Part shown: positions 18,593-28,800 of the stretch, piece by piece | How positions within the stretch are numbered: position 1 is the first letter of the stretch | How the letters are laid out: every line of letters starts with the position of its first letter | NCBI GenBank assembly: GCA_021158185.1 | Contig: JAGGVC010000104.1 | Coordinates: forward strand, 8,992-72,991 | Source: a bacterium | GTDB taxonomy: Bacteria; 4484-113; JAGGVC01 | Direction of reading: 5' to 3' | Length of the DNA stretch: 64,000 bases | Notes under the pieces: model-generated | Databases searched by the model: none | Seen by the model: the letters and a program-made list of their open reading frames with translations, nothing else | Told to the model about the DNA's origin: nothing | Made by a program: the position numbers and the translations under genes

Positions 18593-19360
18593 TTATTTTT
18601 CAAGAACTTCTCGTGTGAGGTCCATGTAGGCCTTTGCACCTGCGCTTGACGGCGCGTATTCCACGATTGGAAGTCCATAACTCGGTGCTTCGGCCATCTT
18701 AACCGAACGCGGAACGACGGTTGAAAAAAGCAAATCAGGGAAGTGATTTGCAAGATCGTTTGTGACTTCGCGTGAGAGTTTCGTGCGGGAATCGAACATC
18801 GTGGCCAAAACACCGCATACTTTTAGATACGGGTTGTCGCCTTTCTGGACCGCTCGTACGATGTTGAGCAGGCGAGCAAGGCCCGAAAGGCTTAGAAACT
18901 CGCATTGTACCGGTATGATCACTTCATCCGCAGCAACAAGGCAGTTCAGCGTCAAAAGGCCAAGCGAAGGAGGTGTGTCGATTATCACGAACTCGGCATC
19001 GGTGCTCGAAGCGTTCATTGATACTCTAAGGCGGCTTTCGCGGTCCTCGAAGGATACAAGTTCGATTTCGATCCCGACGAGGTGCTTTGTGCCGCGAACG
19101 ATGGAAAGACCAGGGAATTGGGTGGGAATTGCTACATCCTCAAGCTTGGCGGAATCGGAAAACAGCCGGTAGCATGTATCCATGAACGGATCTGAGATGT
19201 CGGACTCGAAAAAGCCGAGAGCGGTGGATGCGTTTGCCTGCGGGTCGCAGTCTATAACGATGCTTTTGTGTCCAAGCTGCGCCAGGCCTGCTGCAAGATT
19301 GACGGCAGACGTGGTTTTGCCGACTCCTCCTTTCTGATTGGCTAAAGCGATGACGCGCAC
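18593..19360 (-). CDS. parA: Chromosome partitioning ATPase ParA/Soj.
   Basis: Deviant Walker A KGGVGKTT near the N-terminus, and ParA family sequence throughout. Confidence 0.9.
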   Translation of the reverse strand: MRVIALANQKGGVGKTTSAVNLAAGLAQLGHKSIVIDCDPQANASTALGFFESDISDPFMDTCYRLFSDSAKLEDVAIPTQFPGLSIVRGTKHLVGIEIELVSFEDRESRLRVSMNASSTDAEFVIIDTPPSLGLLTLNCLVAADEVIIPVQCEFLSLSGLARLLNIVRAVQKGDNPYLKVCGVLATMFDSRTKLSREVTNDLANHFPDLLFSTVVPRSVKMAEAPSYGLPIVEYAPSSAGAKAYMDLTREVLEK

Positions 19361-19403
19361 GGTCGGGATTATACCATCAGGTGTTTTTGGGATGATGAAA
19401 CCA

Positions 19404-20063
19404 TTAGCTGTTTTTGAGCAGATAAGCCAAGCCCTTGTTGCCGGTTGCTGTGCGGTAATCCAATTTTTTTTCGATACGATAATTATGCCTGGATGATTCT
19501 ATGCGTGAAGAGATGCCGGATCCGAATCCTGCGATGAAATGAGTTTCCGATCCTAGAAACGCTGATAATTCGATAACCCTTCCCAGTCTGGCAAATCCCC
19601 GGTGGCTGATCAAATGGTATCTCTCCGTATGTTCAGGAGGCGGCGTGCCCAAATGAACATTAACGACCGTTGCGTTGCCGATCTTCATTGCAGCGATGCA
19701 TTCGAGAAGATACGCAGAGCGGTTCCTGCCGGATTCAAACAGAGCGAAGCTCGCATTGGGTAATAGCGCTGCGAGAGCGAGGCCGGGAAATCCGTTGCCT
19801 GTTCCAAGATCGCATGCCTCACCTGAAAAATCGTCACCGACAAGCAGCGCAAGGATTGCAGCCTCCCATACATGCTTGGCGCAGATTTGATCAGGCTTGC
19901 AGTGGCTGGTCAGACCGAGAATCGGAGCATAGCGTACAAGCTCGTTAATGAGGATATTAATCTGTTTATCCGGCCATACCCCTTGCCACCCGAGTTGTTC
20001 CAGGGAGCGGCCAACTGAAACGCTGTTCTTCGGCGCATCAAAGTCGATGCTGATCGTTTCCAC
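19404..20063 (-). CDS. rsmG: 16S rRNA (guanine527-N7)-methyltransferase RsmG (GidB).
   Basis: DLGTGNGFPGLALAAL SAM motif, typical length, and position upstream of parAB. Confidence 0.85.
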   Translation of the reverse strand: METISIDFDAPKNSVSVGRSLEQLGWQGVWPDKQINILINELVRYAPILGLTSHCKPDQICAKHVWEAAILALLVGDDFSGEACDLGTGNGFPGLALAALLPNASFALFESGRNRSAYLLECIAAMKIGNATVVNVHLGTPPPEHTERYHLISHRGFARLGRVIELSAFLGSETHFIAGFGSGISSRIESSRHNYRIEKKLDYRTATGNKGLAYLLKNS

Positions 20064-20196
20064 GTTTCGATTTTACCAGTATCCGGGCTTTACCCTGCAC
20101 CGTGCGTCGTGTTGAGGAATCTATAGTGGTAATAATCGTTTTCTCGATGCATCACTTTTTGAATGAGTCACCGATAAGGTATAATTAAGTTTCAAT

Positions 20197-21171
20197 ATGG
20201 CGAAAGAGCAGAAAGCCGTTGTATCGCGCGATGTTGAGGATGCATCTGTTGATCTCGACCGCGTGATCGCTAGTGTGGAGAGCGTGATATTCGGCAAGAG
20301 ACGGGTAATCGAATACCTGCTGATTGCGTTACTTGCAGACGGACACGTTCTCATCGAGGATGTGCCGGGTGTCGGAAAGACGATGCTCGGCCGTGCTCTT
20401 GCTCGAAGCCTGGAGCTTGATTTCAAGCGCATTCAGTTCACGCCCGATCTCCTGCCTAGCGACTTGACCGGAAGCATGATTTTCAATCAGAAAAGCGGCG
20501 ATTTTTATTTCAAGCCTGGGCCGGTATTCGCGAGCGTTGTACTTGCCGACGAAATCAACCGTACCAGCCCCCGTACTCAGTCAGCGCTCCTTGAGGCGAT
20601 GGAAGAGCGCCAGGTTACGGTTGACGGCGTTCCTCACGAGCTTCAAGTTCCATTTTTCGTAATTGCGACGCAGAATTCAATCGAGCATCAGGGAACATAT
20701 CCGCTCCCAGAAGCGCAGCTTGACCGCTTTCTATTGAAAATCAGGGTCGGGTATCCGTCCGATTCGGAAGAAATCGCAATCCTGGAAAGCCAGCAGATTC
20801 GACATCCGATCGAAGATGTCCAATCGGTTATCAGTCCTGATCGGATAAGGAAACTTCGAGACTTGGTTCGCAACATTCATATAACGCCCTCGATTCGCAG
20901 GTACGTTGTGCGGATCGTAAATGAAACGCGCAGCCATCCCGATGTTCTTGTCGGTTGCAGTCCACGCGGTTCGTTGGGGCTTGCGCGCGCGTCGCAGGCA
21001 GCGGCCTTGATTGCTCGTCGAGATTACGTTGTTCCCGACGATGTTCAGGAGATGGCGCCCATCGTTCTCGGTCACAGGTTGTTCTTGCTTGCGGAATCGC
21101 AGCTTTCGGGCGTAAGTTCGCGGCGCGTAATTGATGACATCATCTCACGGTTACCGGTACCAACCGAGTAG
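20197..21171 (+). CDS. MoxR-family AAA+ ATPase.
   Basis: Walker A GVGKTML, MoxR-type Walker B LADEINR, and a sensor region. Confidence 0.9.
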   Translation: MAKEQKAVVSRDVEDASVDLDRVIASVESVIFGKRRVIEYLLIALLADGHVLIEDVPGVGKTMLGRALARSLELDFKRIQFTPDLLPSDLTGSMIFNQKSGDFYFKPGPVFASVVLADEINRTSPRTQSALLEAMEERQVTVDGVPHELQVPFFVIATQNSIEHQGTYPLPEAQLDRFLLKIRVGYPSDSEEIAILESQQIRHPIEDVQSVISPDRIRKLRDLVRNIHITPSIRRYVVRIVNETRSHPDVLVGCSPRGSLGLARASQAAALIARRDYVVPDDVQEMAPIVLGHRLFLLAESQLSGVSSRRVIDDIISRLPVPTE

Positions 21172-22599
21172 GTGAGGAGCGTGTTCAGTCCCGCCTTCAT
21201 TATCCTCTTTGTGCTCGACCTTCTTTTTCTCGCATTTGCCTTGATAAAAGCGGAACCCGTTCTGATGACCTACTCAATCATTGCGCTTTTCCTCTTGATA
21301 ATATGGGCGTTCATCTGGAGATTTCTCTCGATTCGCCTGGGCATCCAGCGAATTATGCTCAGCAAAACTTCTATCGCCGTGATGCTCCTTGCGGCATTCA
21401 GCGCGACCGTGAGCATAATTTTTAGTACTCACTTGCTTGTCTTTACTGCGGTATTCATTTTCACAAGCATCGTGCTCATATTTATCTGGTCGCTCATATC
21501 AAGCATAGGGCTGACAATTAGGCGAGAACATCACAGGATCGCGCTCATAGGACAGCCTCTCGAAGTGAGCATTACACTTGTCAATAACAGCCGTTGGCCC
21601 CGTTTCACTGTTATCGGGTTTGATTATTTTCCGGCAGCAAGTCACGAAGCGGGATACCAGGAAATGTGTTTTGTGAGTGTGCGCGGAAAAAGCGAAGTCA
21701 GCCTGAAGTACGAGGCACTTCCTTCGCTCAGAGGGGATTGGCGGATCGGCCCGTTTTATTTCTGGGGGGGCGATCCCTTCGGCTTCTTCAAGCATGAGCG
21801 TCTCGTTGAAATTTATACAGAGCTTATTGTTGTCCCTGTTCCGTTCAGAATCCGAATGAATGCTCTTGATAGCATCAGCAGAAGGCCTAAGGACGAAGCC
21901 GCAACAATCTCGAAAGCTGGTGAATCCGTCGAGTTTCTTGGCGTCAGAGAGTATCGTGAAGGCGACAGTATGCGGAAAATCCACTGGATATCGAGCGCGC
22001 GCACAGGGGAGCTTATAACAAAGCAGTTCGAGCTTAACGTGGCTAGTACGCTATCGTTTCTTCTTGTAAATACACCTGAAATGAGCGTTGGTATGGAGCC
22101 TGAAAAAACGCCGCTCGAAGATTCGCTCAGAATCATTATCTCACTAGCCCAGGGTGCAATCCGAGCGGGATATGAAGCGAGCTTCACGGAGCTTGGCGGA
22201 GAGAAAGAGCGGGATGCTTGGAGTGGCACAGGCCGTCAATTCCTGTCTGATCTGTCGGTGCGTCTCGCGCGGATCGGCGAAGGTGCGGATGTGAAATTAT
22301 CCGAAGAACTCAGATGGATTGTAGAGCTTGTTCCAGAAGGAAGCAATCTCTTCCTCTTTGTATCTTCCTGTGATGAAGCGGATCAAAAGCTTTATTCTCA
22401 TCTAACGCAGCGATTCAGGCGGCTTGTGGTAGTCCACTTCGATCTTGGAAGCTACGAAACCGGTGAAAGCTCGATACCTGCACCTAGAACTGTAGGTTCA
22501 GGTAAGCACCTTGTTTACAGGATCGAATACGGCGATGACCTGAAGAGGGTGACTGAGCGGATTCTCAGGCAGCTTCAAAAGGAGGTAGCCCTTGCATAA
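21172..22599 (+). CDS. DUF58-domain protein with an N-terminal multi-transmembrane region.
   Basis: GTG start immediately after the moxR stop. An alternative GTG at 21181 has a GGAGG Shine-Dalgarno. About 130 aa of hydrophobic segments are followed by DUF58-like GESVEFLGVREYREGDSMRKIHW. Confidence 0.8.
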   Translation: MRSVFSPAFIILFVLDLLFLAFALIKAEPVLMTYSIIALFLLIIWAFIWRFLSIRLGIQRIMLSKTSIAVMLLAAFSATVSIIFSTHLLVFTAVFIFTSIVLIFIWSLISSIGLTIRREHHRIALIGQPLEVSITLVNNSRWPRFTVIGFDYFPAASHEAGYQEMCFVSVRGKSEVSLKYEALPSLRGDWRIGPFYFWGGDPFGFFKHERLVEIYTELIVVPVPFRIRMNALDSISRRPKDEAATISKAGESVEFLGVREYREGDSMRKIHWISSARTGELITKQFELNVASTLSFLLVNTPEMSVGMEPEKTPLEDSLRIIISLAQGAIRAGYEASFTELGGEKERDAWSGTGRQFLSDLSVRLARIGEGADVKLSEELRWIVELVPEGSNLFLFVSSCDEADQKLYSHLTQRFRRLVVVHFDLGSYETGESSIPAPRTVGSGKHLVYRIEYGDDLKRVTERILRQLQKEVALA

Positions 22600-25045
22600 A
22601 GGATCGAGCGAGTTTTTTCCAGCGGAGGTTTTCGCTCGCATTCGAGGGGTACCTGGCCGTAAGTGGCTATATGTTTTTACTGCGATCGCAACGGTAATCG
22701 GCGTCCAGCTTCTTTATCTCACGAACGACGATTTTAATCTTAATGCCGGCTTGAGCGTTGCAGTGATCATCGGTTTTGTCTTCAGCTATTATCTCAACGC
22801 GGCCTATCAGAGATTTATGATTGTTGTTCTCGATATCGTTGCCATATCGATTTTCATTTTCTATATCACAAAAGTCGCTTCAAATCCCGTTACCTGGGGT
22901 AATGAGCTGGGGATTCTTCTTGGTCTTCTGATATCGATTTATAGTTTTCGCGCATACACGGAACGAGACCACAGGATGATCCTTGCATCGTGTCTCGTGA
23001 TAATGCTGCTTGCGAGCGTCGCGAGCTACGACGTGAAGTTGATGTTCGTTCTTCCTTTGTTCGTATTCTGCGGATTTGCAAGTCTTTATGTAGCGAATAA
23101 TCTTAGTTTATCGGACAGAATCCCGTATCTCGCGAGCGAAGTGGGAGCCGGTAGCGCCATTGTGTATCTTGCCGGACGCGCCACGATTGCAGTGCTTGTA
23201 GTGAGCATTCTGTTCTACATGTTAGTTCCTCACAGCGCAACCGTGAGGAATCCACGATTCAGGCTTCCCACAAGCACAATTATTACAGGGGATGATGAAG
23301 AAGATATCCCGCTCGAAGAACGTGAACAGATTACTGAACAAAGCAGCATAAGCGGATTCAGTGACGAGTTCGACCTGAAAGGGGGAAGAATCGAACTGGA
23401 GGATGAGCCTGTACTGCTCGTCAGAAGCACGTTGAACGATTATCTTCGAGGCAAGGTTTTCGACGTATATAACGGGAAAGGCTGGTCGCAATCGGAACTT
23501 TCGAAGGAAAAGAACAGGCCGGTGTTTTCTGAAGATGTTCTCGGCACACTTAAAAAGAAGTTTCCAGAATCCTCGATTATGGGCAATGTTCAAGTTTTAC
23601 CGCTTGTGGATTTCCCGTCGAGAAAGCTTGAGGAGAAGTTTCTAAAGGACAAGCTGATTTTTGTCGCGAAGGACAACACGTATTCAACTCAGGGAATGGA
23701 TGATAATCCTGATCTTAAGTATTCCATTCACCCGCTTGAAATCACGTTCCTGAAAAACGATGTCGCAATTTTCTTTTCACCTTATCAACCTTACAGGATC
23801 GAAGATGTAACTGGAAGGAATCCGTCCACCAGCACGGAGCGTTACGCCGATCCGGTTGTTGATTCCTTCAGCGTGATTAACGCATATAGAAGCGGAAGAC
23901 GGATGAGCTACTTCCCCAAGGGCATTCATTACAAGTTTTTCGTCCTGAAACCTTCCATCATTCCGATAAAGCTCAAGGAAGCTCCAAACAATTATCCTGC
24001 TGGATTACTTGAGCATTACACACAGCTTCCTCCGACAATCGACAGAAACAATCCGAACGATGCCCTTGCCAGGTTCGCCATCACGGTTGCAAACGGTGGC
24101 ACCGAGGATGCGGGACTTATCCCCTACGAGAAGGTGCTCAATATTTACGACCACTTCGTTAATTCGGGTGAATACGAGTATTCCCTGGAATATCCTGAGC
24201 TTCCCACCAAGAAGATCATGCGGGTTGACCCCGAAAGCGGAGAAACGTACGAAGAAGAGGTTGCGAAGGTTGACGCTGCATATCATTTTGTTTTTGTAAC
24301 GAAGAAAGGATATTGCGAGTTCTTTGCCAATGCATTTGCGGTTTTCTGCCGGATTAACAGCATCCCATCGCGTATCGTCACAGGATTTGCGCCCGGCAGG
24401 TATGATTTCATGAAAAACGGCTATGTCGTGTCGACAAGAAATGCACATTCCTGGGTTGAAGTTTATTTCGACGGGTTCGGCTGGGTATCGTTCGACCCGA
24501 CACCCGCGTCATCCGACTTTCTGAGTGCAAGCGAGATCAGGAGCTTTTTCAGTCAGACGTTCGATTATATCCAGAATCTCTTTGTTATCGACCCGCAGGG
24601 AGTGCAGCGCGTAACGGTCAGATTCTTTGCGACTCTCAGCCGAAGGGTATACGAAGTTGCAGTCGAAAACAGCGTAACAAGTACGCTGATCCTTGCAGTT
24701 CTTTCCGGCTTTTTGATCTTCAGCATCTGGCGTCGAAGACCCAGGAGGGAGCCGCCGCATATTCCGAAGAACGCGGTTGTCGCTTCGTATTACGGTCTGG
24801 AGAGCGCTCTTGCGGAAAACGGTTACATGCGGCCGGAGCATATGACGGGTAAGGCGTTCTTAAGAGGAGTAGCGTCTTCGGTAAACGAGCTCTCGTCCGT
24901 CCTTAATGAAATCGCAAATACATACTATGTGTATGCATACAGTTTGAAGGAGCCTGACGCGCGCGATGCCGAACGCGCGCGCGCGATTTTAACCGTTGTT
25001 CGCGAGTATTTTGCAAAGCGGGAAAAACGTGATGGAAGATCATAG
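22592..25045 (+). CDS. Transglutaminase-like (TGc) domain membrane protein. It is the third member of the MoxR, DUF58, TGase triad.
   Basis: Its start overlaps the DUF58 gene's stop by 8 nt. It has N-terminal transmembrane helices, the TGase core CEFFANAFAVFCR...HSWVEVYFDGFGWVSFDPT (Cys-His-Asp triad context), and a C-terminal transmembrane helix. Confidence 0.8.
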   Translation: MHKGSSEFFPAEVFARIRGVPGRKWLYVFTAIATVIGVQLLYLTNDDFNLNAGLSVAVIIGFVFSYYLNAAYQRFMIVVLDIVAISIFIFYITKVASNPVTWGNELGILLGLLISIYSFRAYTERDHRMILASCLVIMLLASVASYDVKLMFVLPLFVFCGFASLYVANNLSLSDRIPYLASEVGAGSAIVYLAGRATIAVLVVSILFYMLVPHSATVRNPRFRLPTSTIITGDDEEDIPLEEREQITEQSSISGFSDEFDLKGGRIELEDEPVLLVRSTLNDYLRGKVFDVYNGKGWSQSELSKEKNRPVFSEDVLGTLKKKFPESSIMGNVQVLPLVDFPSRKLEEKFLKDKLIFVAKDNTYSTQGMDDNPDLKYSIHPLEITFLKNDVAIFFSPYQPYRIEDVTGRNPSTSTERYADPVVDSFSVINAYRSGRRMSYFPKGIHYKFFVLKPSIIPIKLKEAPNNYPAGLLEHYTQLPPTIDRNNPNDALARFAITVANGGTEDAGLIPYEKVLNIYDHFVNSGEYEYSLEYPELPTKKIMRVDPESGETYEEEVAKVDAAYHFVFVTKKGYCEFFANAFAVFCRINSIPSRIVTGFAPGRYDFMKNGYVVSTRNAHSWVEVYFDGFGWVSFDPTPASSDFLSASEIRSFFSQTFDYIQNLFVIDPQGVQRVTVRFFATLSRRVYEVAVENSVTSTLILAVLSGFLIFSIWRRRPRREPPHIPKNAVVASYYGLESALAENGYMRPEHMTGKAFLRGVASSVNELSSVLNEIANTYYVYAYSLKEPDARDAERARAILTVVREYFAKREKRDGRS

Positions 25046-25772
25046 ACTGCTTATTATTAATGCCGATGACTTTGGACGAACACCTGAGATTTCGAAAGGA
25101 GTACTCGAATGCGCTGCAACCGGAATCGTCAGAAGCTCGACAATTATGTCCAATTTCGTTTCGGAGAGCGATATCAGTGCGCTTGCCGATTCAGACCTTT
25201 CCGCAGGGCTTCACTTCAATCTGACGAGCGGCAGTCCGATTGCTTTGTGGCCGAAAGATCTTATCGGTAAAAACGGGTATTTCAAGAAGGATATCGCTTC
25301 AGATTTACCGCGTGAACTCATCGAAGATGAGATTTATGCACAGTGGGATTATCTTGTATCGAGGGGAATTCGTCCGACACACATTGACAGCCACCATCAT
25401 GTACATGCCTTTGCAACTGTTTTTGCCGTTGTCGCGGAATTTGCGCTTAGACGCGGCGTATCCGTAAGACCTTGCAACAAAGATGTCGCAATGCTGCTTG
25501 TACATTTGGGCATAACGGCACCTGCAGAATTTTCGGATAGCTTCTTCGGCCTCGAAAATCTGTCAAAAGAGGGTTTCCTAAAGATTCTTGACGCTTGCAG
25601 TTCTGACTCGCTCGAAATAATGTGCCACCCGGGATATTCATCGCGCGAACTGGCTCTTTCAAGCACGTACGCGGAGGAACGCGAGGCTGAGCTTGGGATT
25701 CTCAGTGATTCCAGCCTTCTGTCCGAGATCGAAGACCGCGGATGGCGGATCGGGACATATCTCGATCTTTAA
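25032..25772 (+). CDS. YdjC/ChbG/HpnK-family carbohydrate deacetylase.
   Basis: LIINADDFG (family signature) and HIDSHHHVH. The start was chosen at MEDHRLL; the track ORF starts at 24996. Confidence 0.75.
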   Translation: MEDHRLLIINADDFGRTPEISKGVLECAATGIVRSSTIMSNFVSESDISALADSDLSAGLHFNLTSGSPIALWPKDLIGKNGYFKKDIASDLPRELIEDEIYAQWDYLVSRGIRPTHIDSHHHVHAFATVFAVVAEFALRRGVSVRPCNKDVAMLLVHLGITAPAEFSDSFFGLENLSKEGFLKILDACSSDSLEIMCHPGYSSRELALSSTYAEEREAELGILSDSSLLSEIEDRGWRIGTYLDL

Positions 25773-25865
25773 TTACGCAATATGGATACCTGGAAGCTCT
25801 AGTGGATAATCCGTGCGGCGTAGTCAACGGACGCTTTCGATTCGTGAGGGTATAATCTAATCGTT

Positions 25866-28800
25866 TTGAAGATGCAAGGGCTTATGTACAGAAGCAAGGG
25901 AAGCATATCGGCTCCAGCGGTTCGCGTCTGCATAGTCGTTGTCGCTTTCGTGCTTGCAGTTGGCGTTGTCGGTTCCTGTCGTGCAGGTAAACCGGTTTCA
26001 TCTGCCAGTTTCCCAGGATCCGAATCTGCTCCCGACAAGCCAAGCGGTGACAGCGAAAGCTATATCGTTAACGATTCCTTCGGGCTTGCATTGCTGGATC
26101 GCTACGATAAAGCACTTTCGCATCCCGATCGAGTTGTCTCGCTTGATAAACTCGATAAAGAAGACAGCGCTTTACTGACAATTACCTCAAAGGCCGGTCG
26201 GCTTCCGGACGATCTATTTATGGCTGTTAATTATGATTCCAGCCAATGGAGTTTCAAAGGTGCATCCTATGGCGGAGCAATGGGCGATAATGCGATTCAC
26301 ATAGAGTGCATTGCCTCATCAGGCGTTCTGAACCTCGGCGTTGCCCGGATGAAGGACGAGCGGGGGGTGAAGAACGGCGATGGAGCCGAGGCGGACAGAG
26401 TAATCTACACTCTTTTGTTTGCCAAGGGTGCCGAATCGGCGATGCGGGCGGTATGTAGCGCGCCGGTTGAAGAGCACAACAAAGTTGTCGATCTATCAGG
26501 GGAAGACCTGGGCAACAATACTGTTCGGCTGACGTGGACGGAAATCAATATCGGCGATTACGACAACAGTGGCGAAGTCGGCGTGCCGGATATCACTCCC
26601 ATCGCCGTTCATTTCCTTGAAACTCCTGCAACAGCCGATAATCCTGAACTGTTCATTCTGATTGACGGTGACAACAGCGATGAAATCGGCATATCCGACA
26701 TAACTCCCATCGCCAACAATTACCTGAATCTCATTTCGGGCTACCTTGTTTTCAGGGATGATCTGGGCGACGAGCCGATTGCACCGGGCAGTGAACTGCA
26801 GCCGACGATAGCGCGCCCGGAGCCGTCTCCAGATCATGGGCGGTTGCTATGTACGTTTTCAGACAGGCCGACCGCATCCGGAACGTATACCTACACTGTT
26901 AGACCTTTCAGTCTTCCTGATGATGAAGTACCTGTAGGTATTGAAAGCGATCCCGCCGCGGTCGAATTCACGGTGCATGGCATAGACGATGTAACGCCGC
27001 CAGTCTGGGACGACGATTCGGTAAAGTTGTCCGTAACCGGCGGAGAATCAAGCGTTTTTGTCGAATGGGGCAGGGCGGTCGACGCTGAAAGCTCGCCTGT
27101 AGATTATCTGATCTACGTATCCGAAGGCGATTCGGTTGAATACGAGACGCCTCACCGAACCATTGGAGCGGGAGATCCCGATCCTGACGAGCACTCGCTC
27201 GCTATCTCAGATCTGCCTTCCGGTACGAGATTCACGATAGCAGTCCGTGCGCGGGACAATGCGTTAAACCCGAATATTGATCAGAATACAGAGACGGTCA
27301 CGGTTGATCTCGTCAAGAACCTTGGCTGGCTCGACTTCAGGGGCGGCCCCGGAAGAACAGGCTCGATTCTGTCCACGCTCTATCCGCCGCTGACACTGTC
27401 ATTTGAGTTTTCGAAAGATCCTCCGGGAACCTGGTTCGTATCAACGCCTTCTATCGTCGGAAGCGATCTTGCTTCGCCTGATATCGCCGTTTGCGCGATA
27501 GACGAGGTTGTTTTTGCACTCGATATTTCCGATCCAGACAACATTCAGGAAATATGGACCTATCCCACGGGCGATCTCATTGACGGAAGCCCGACTGTCG
27601 CGGCGGACCGCGTGTTCGTCGGAAGCCGCGATCACAATTTCTACTGCCTGGATCTTGCAGATGGGGCTTTTATCTGGTCGTTCCCTATAACGGGAAATTG
27701 CGCGACCAGTCCGGCCGTTGTGGATGACGTTGTTTTCTTCGGCACAACGAGCGGCGATTTGTACGGTTTGTCCATCTTCGACGGAGAAGCGGTTCACGCG
27801 CACAGTGTGGATGCGACGATGTCTAGCAGTCCAGCGGTGGTTGACGGATATGTTTATGGTGGAAGCGGGAACAGCCCGTCTGTTCCTGCCAAGATTATCT
27901 GCTACGACACAGTTTTGAAGACGAGGAAATGGGAGTATCCGACAGATGCGGGCGTGTTCGGAACTCCTGCCGTTGCTGACGATCTTGTAATGGTTGGCGA
28001 CTTGGCAGGGAACTTGTATATTCTCTCGACTTCCGGAGCTGAACTTTACAAGATTCCATTGGGCGCAGGGATAAACGCGAGCCCTGCATACGGCGATGGC
28101 ATCGTGTACGCTGCGACACTCGACAGCAAAGTCTATGCAATTAACACGGCGACCGGCGAGGAAATATGGCCTGCACCTGCGACAATCCCGGGTGCTGCAG
28201 GGATTTTCTCAAGCCCGCTCTTGACAGGGAATTACCTTTATGTTGCCGGAAGCAACGGGCATCTTTACGCACTTGAAGCTGCAACAGGCGAAATCGTATG
28301 GGAGTGGGGAGGTTCATCTATACCGGTTACATCGAGCCCTGTAACTTGGGGCGGGCAAATCTTTCTTCAGGGCGGCGACAACACGCTACGAGCTTTTATT
28401 TCCAACAGCGATTACATACCTCCAGCGTGGACATCGCACATCGGTATATATTCCGCTTCATGGACAGGAGAGATAGGAAATCCTTTTCTCAGGCTTATAG
28501 CGGGTGATGCAACTGAATCGAAAACGCCGCCTGTCAAATGGATGTTCTATATGAGTCGCGCTGATGAAGTTGATTTCATCGATGCCGATCTTCCAAGTTC
28601 ACAAACAATAACACTCGGCCCAGTACTCGCGCCGGATTACACGCTGAATCCGGCCGGTATGGCGATCGCGCGCGCACAGTGGAACGCGCATCGCGCGTGG
28701 TACGCCGCGCGCGTGCTCGACAGCGCGATCCCCGCCAATTACGATTCAAACGAAGAAATAATCGACTACACATTTCCATGGTATGGCTTCGAGCGTGGAA

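Noticed and set aside
20056-20069. GTTTCCACGTTTCG, a partial resemblance to the parS half-site GTTCCACG at the rsmG start.
   Set aside because: It lacks the TGAAAC half of the palindrome. It is a direct repeat, not an inverted one, so it is not a credible parS.
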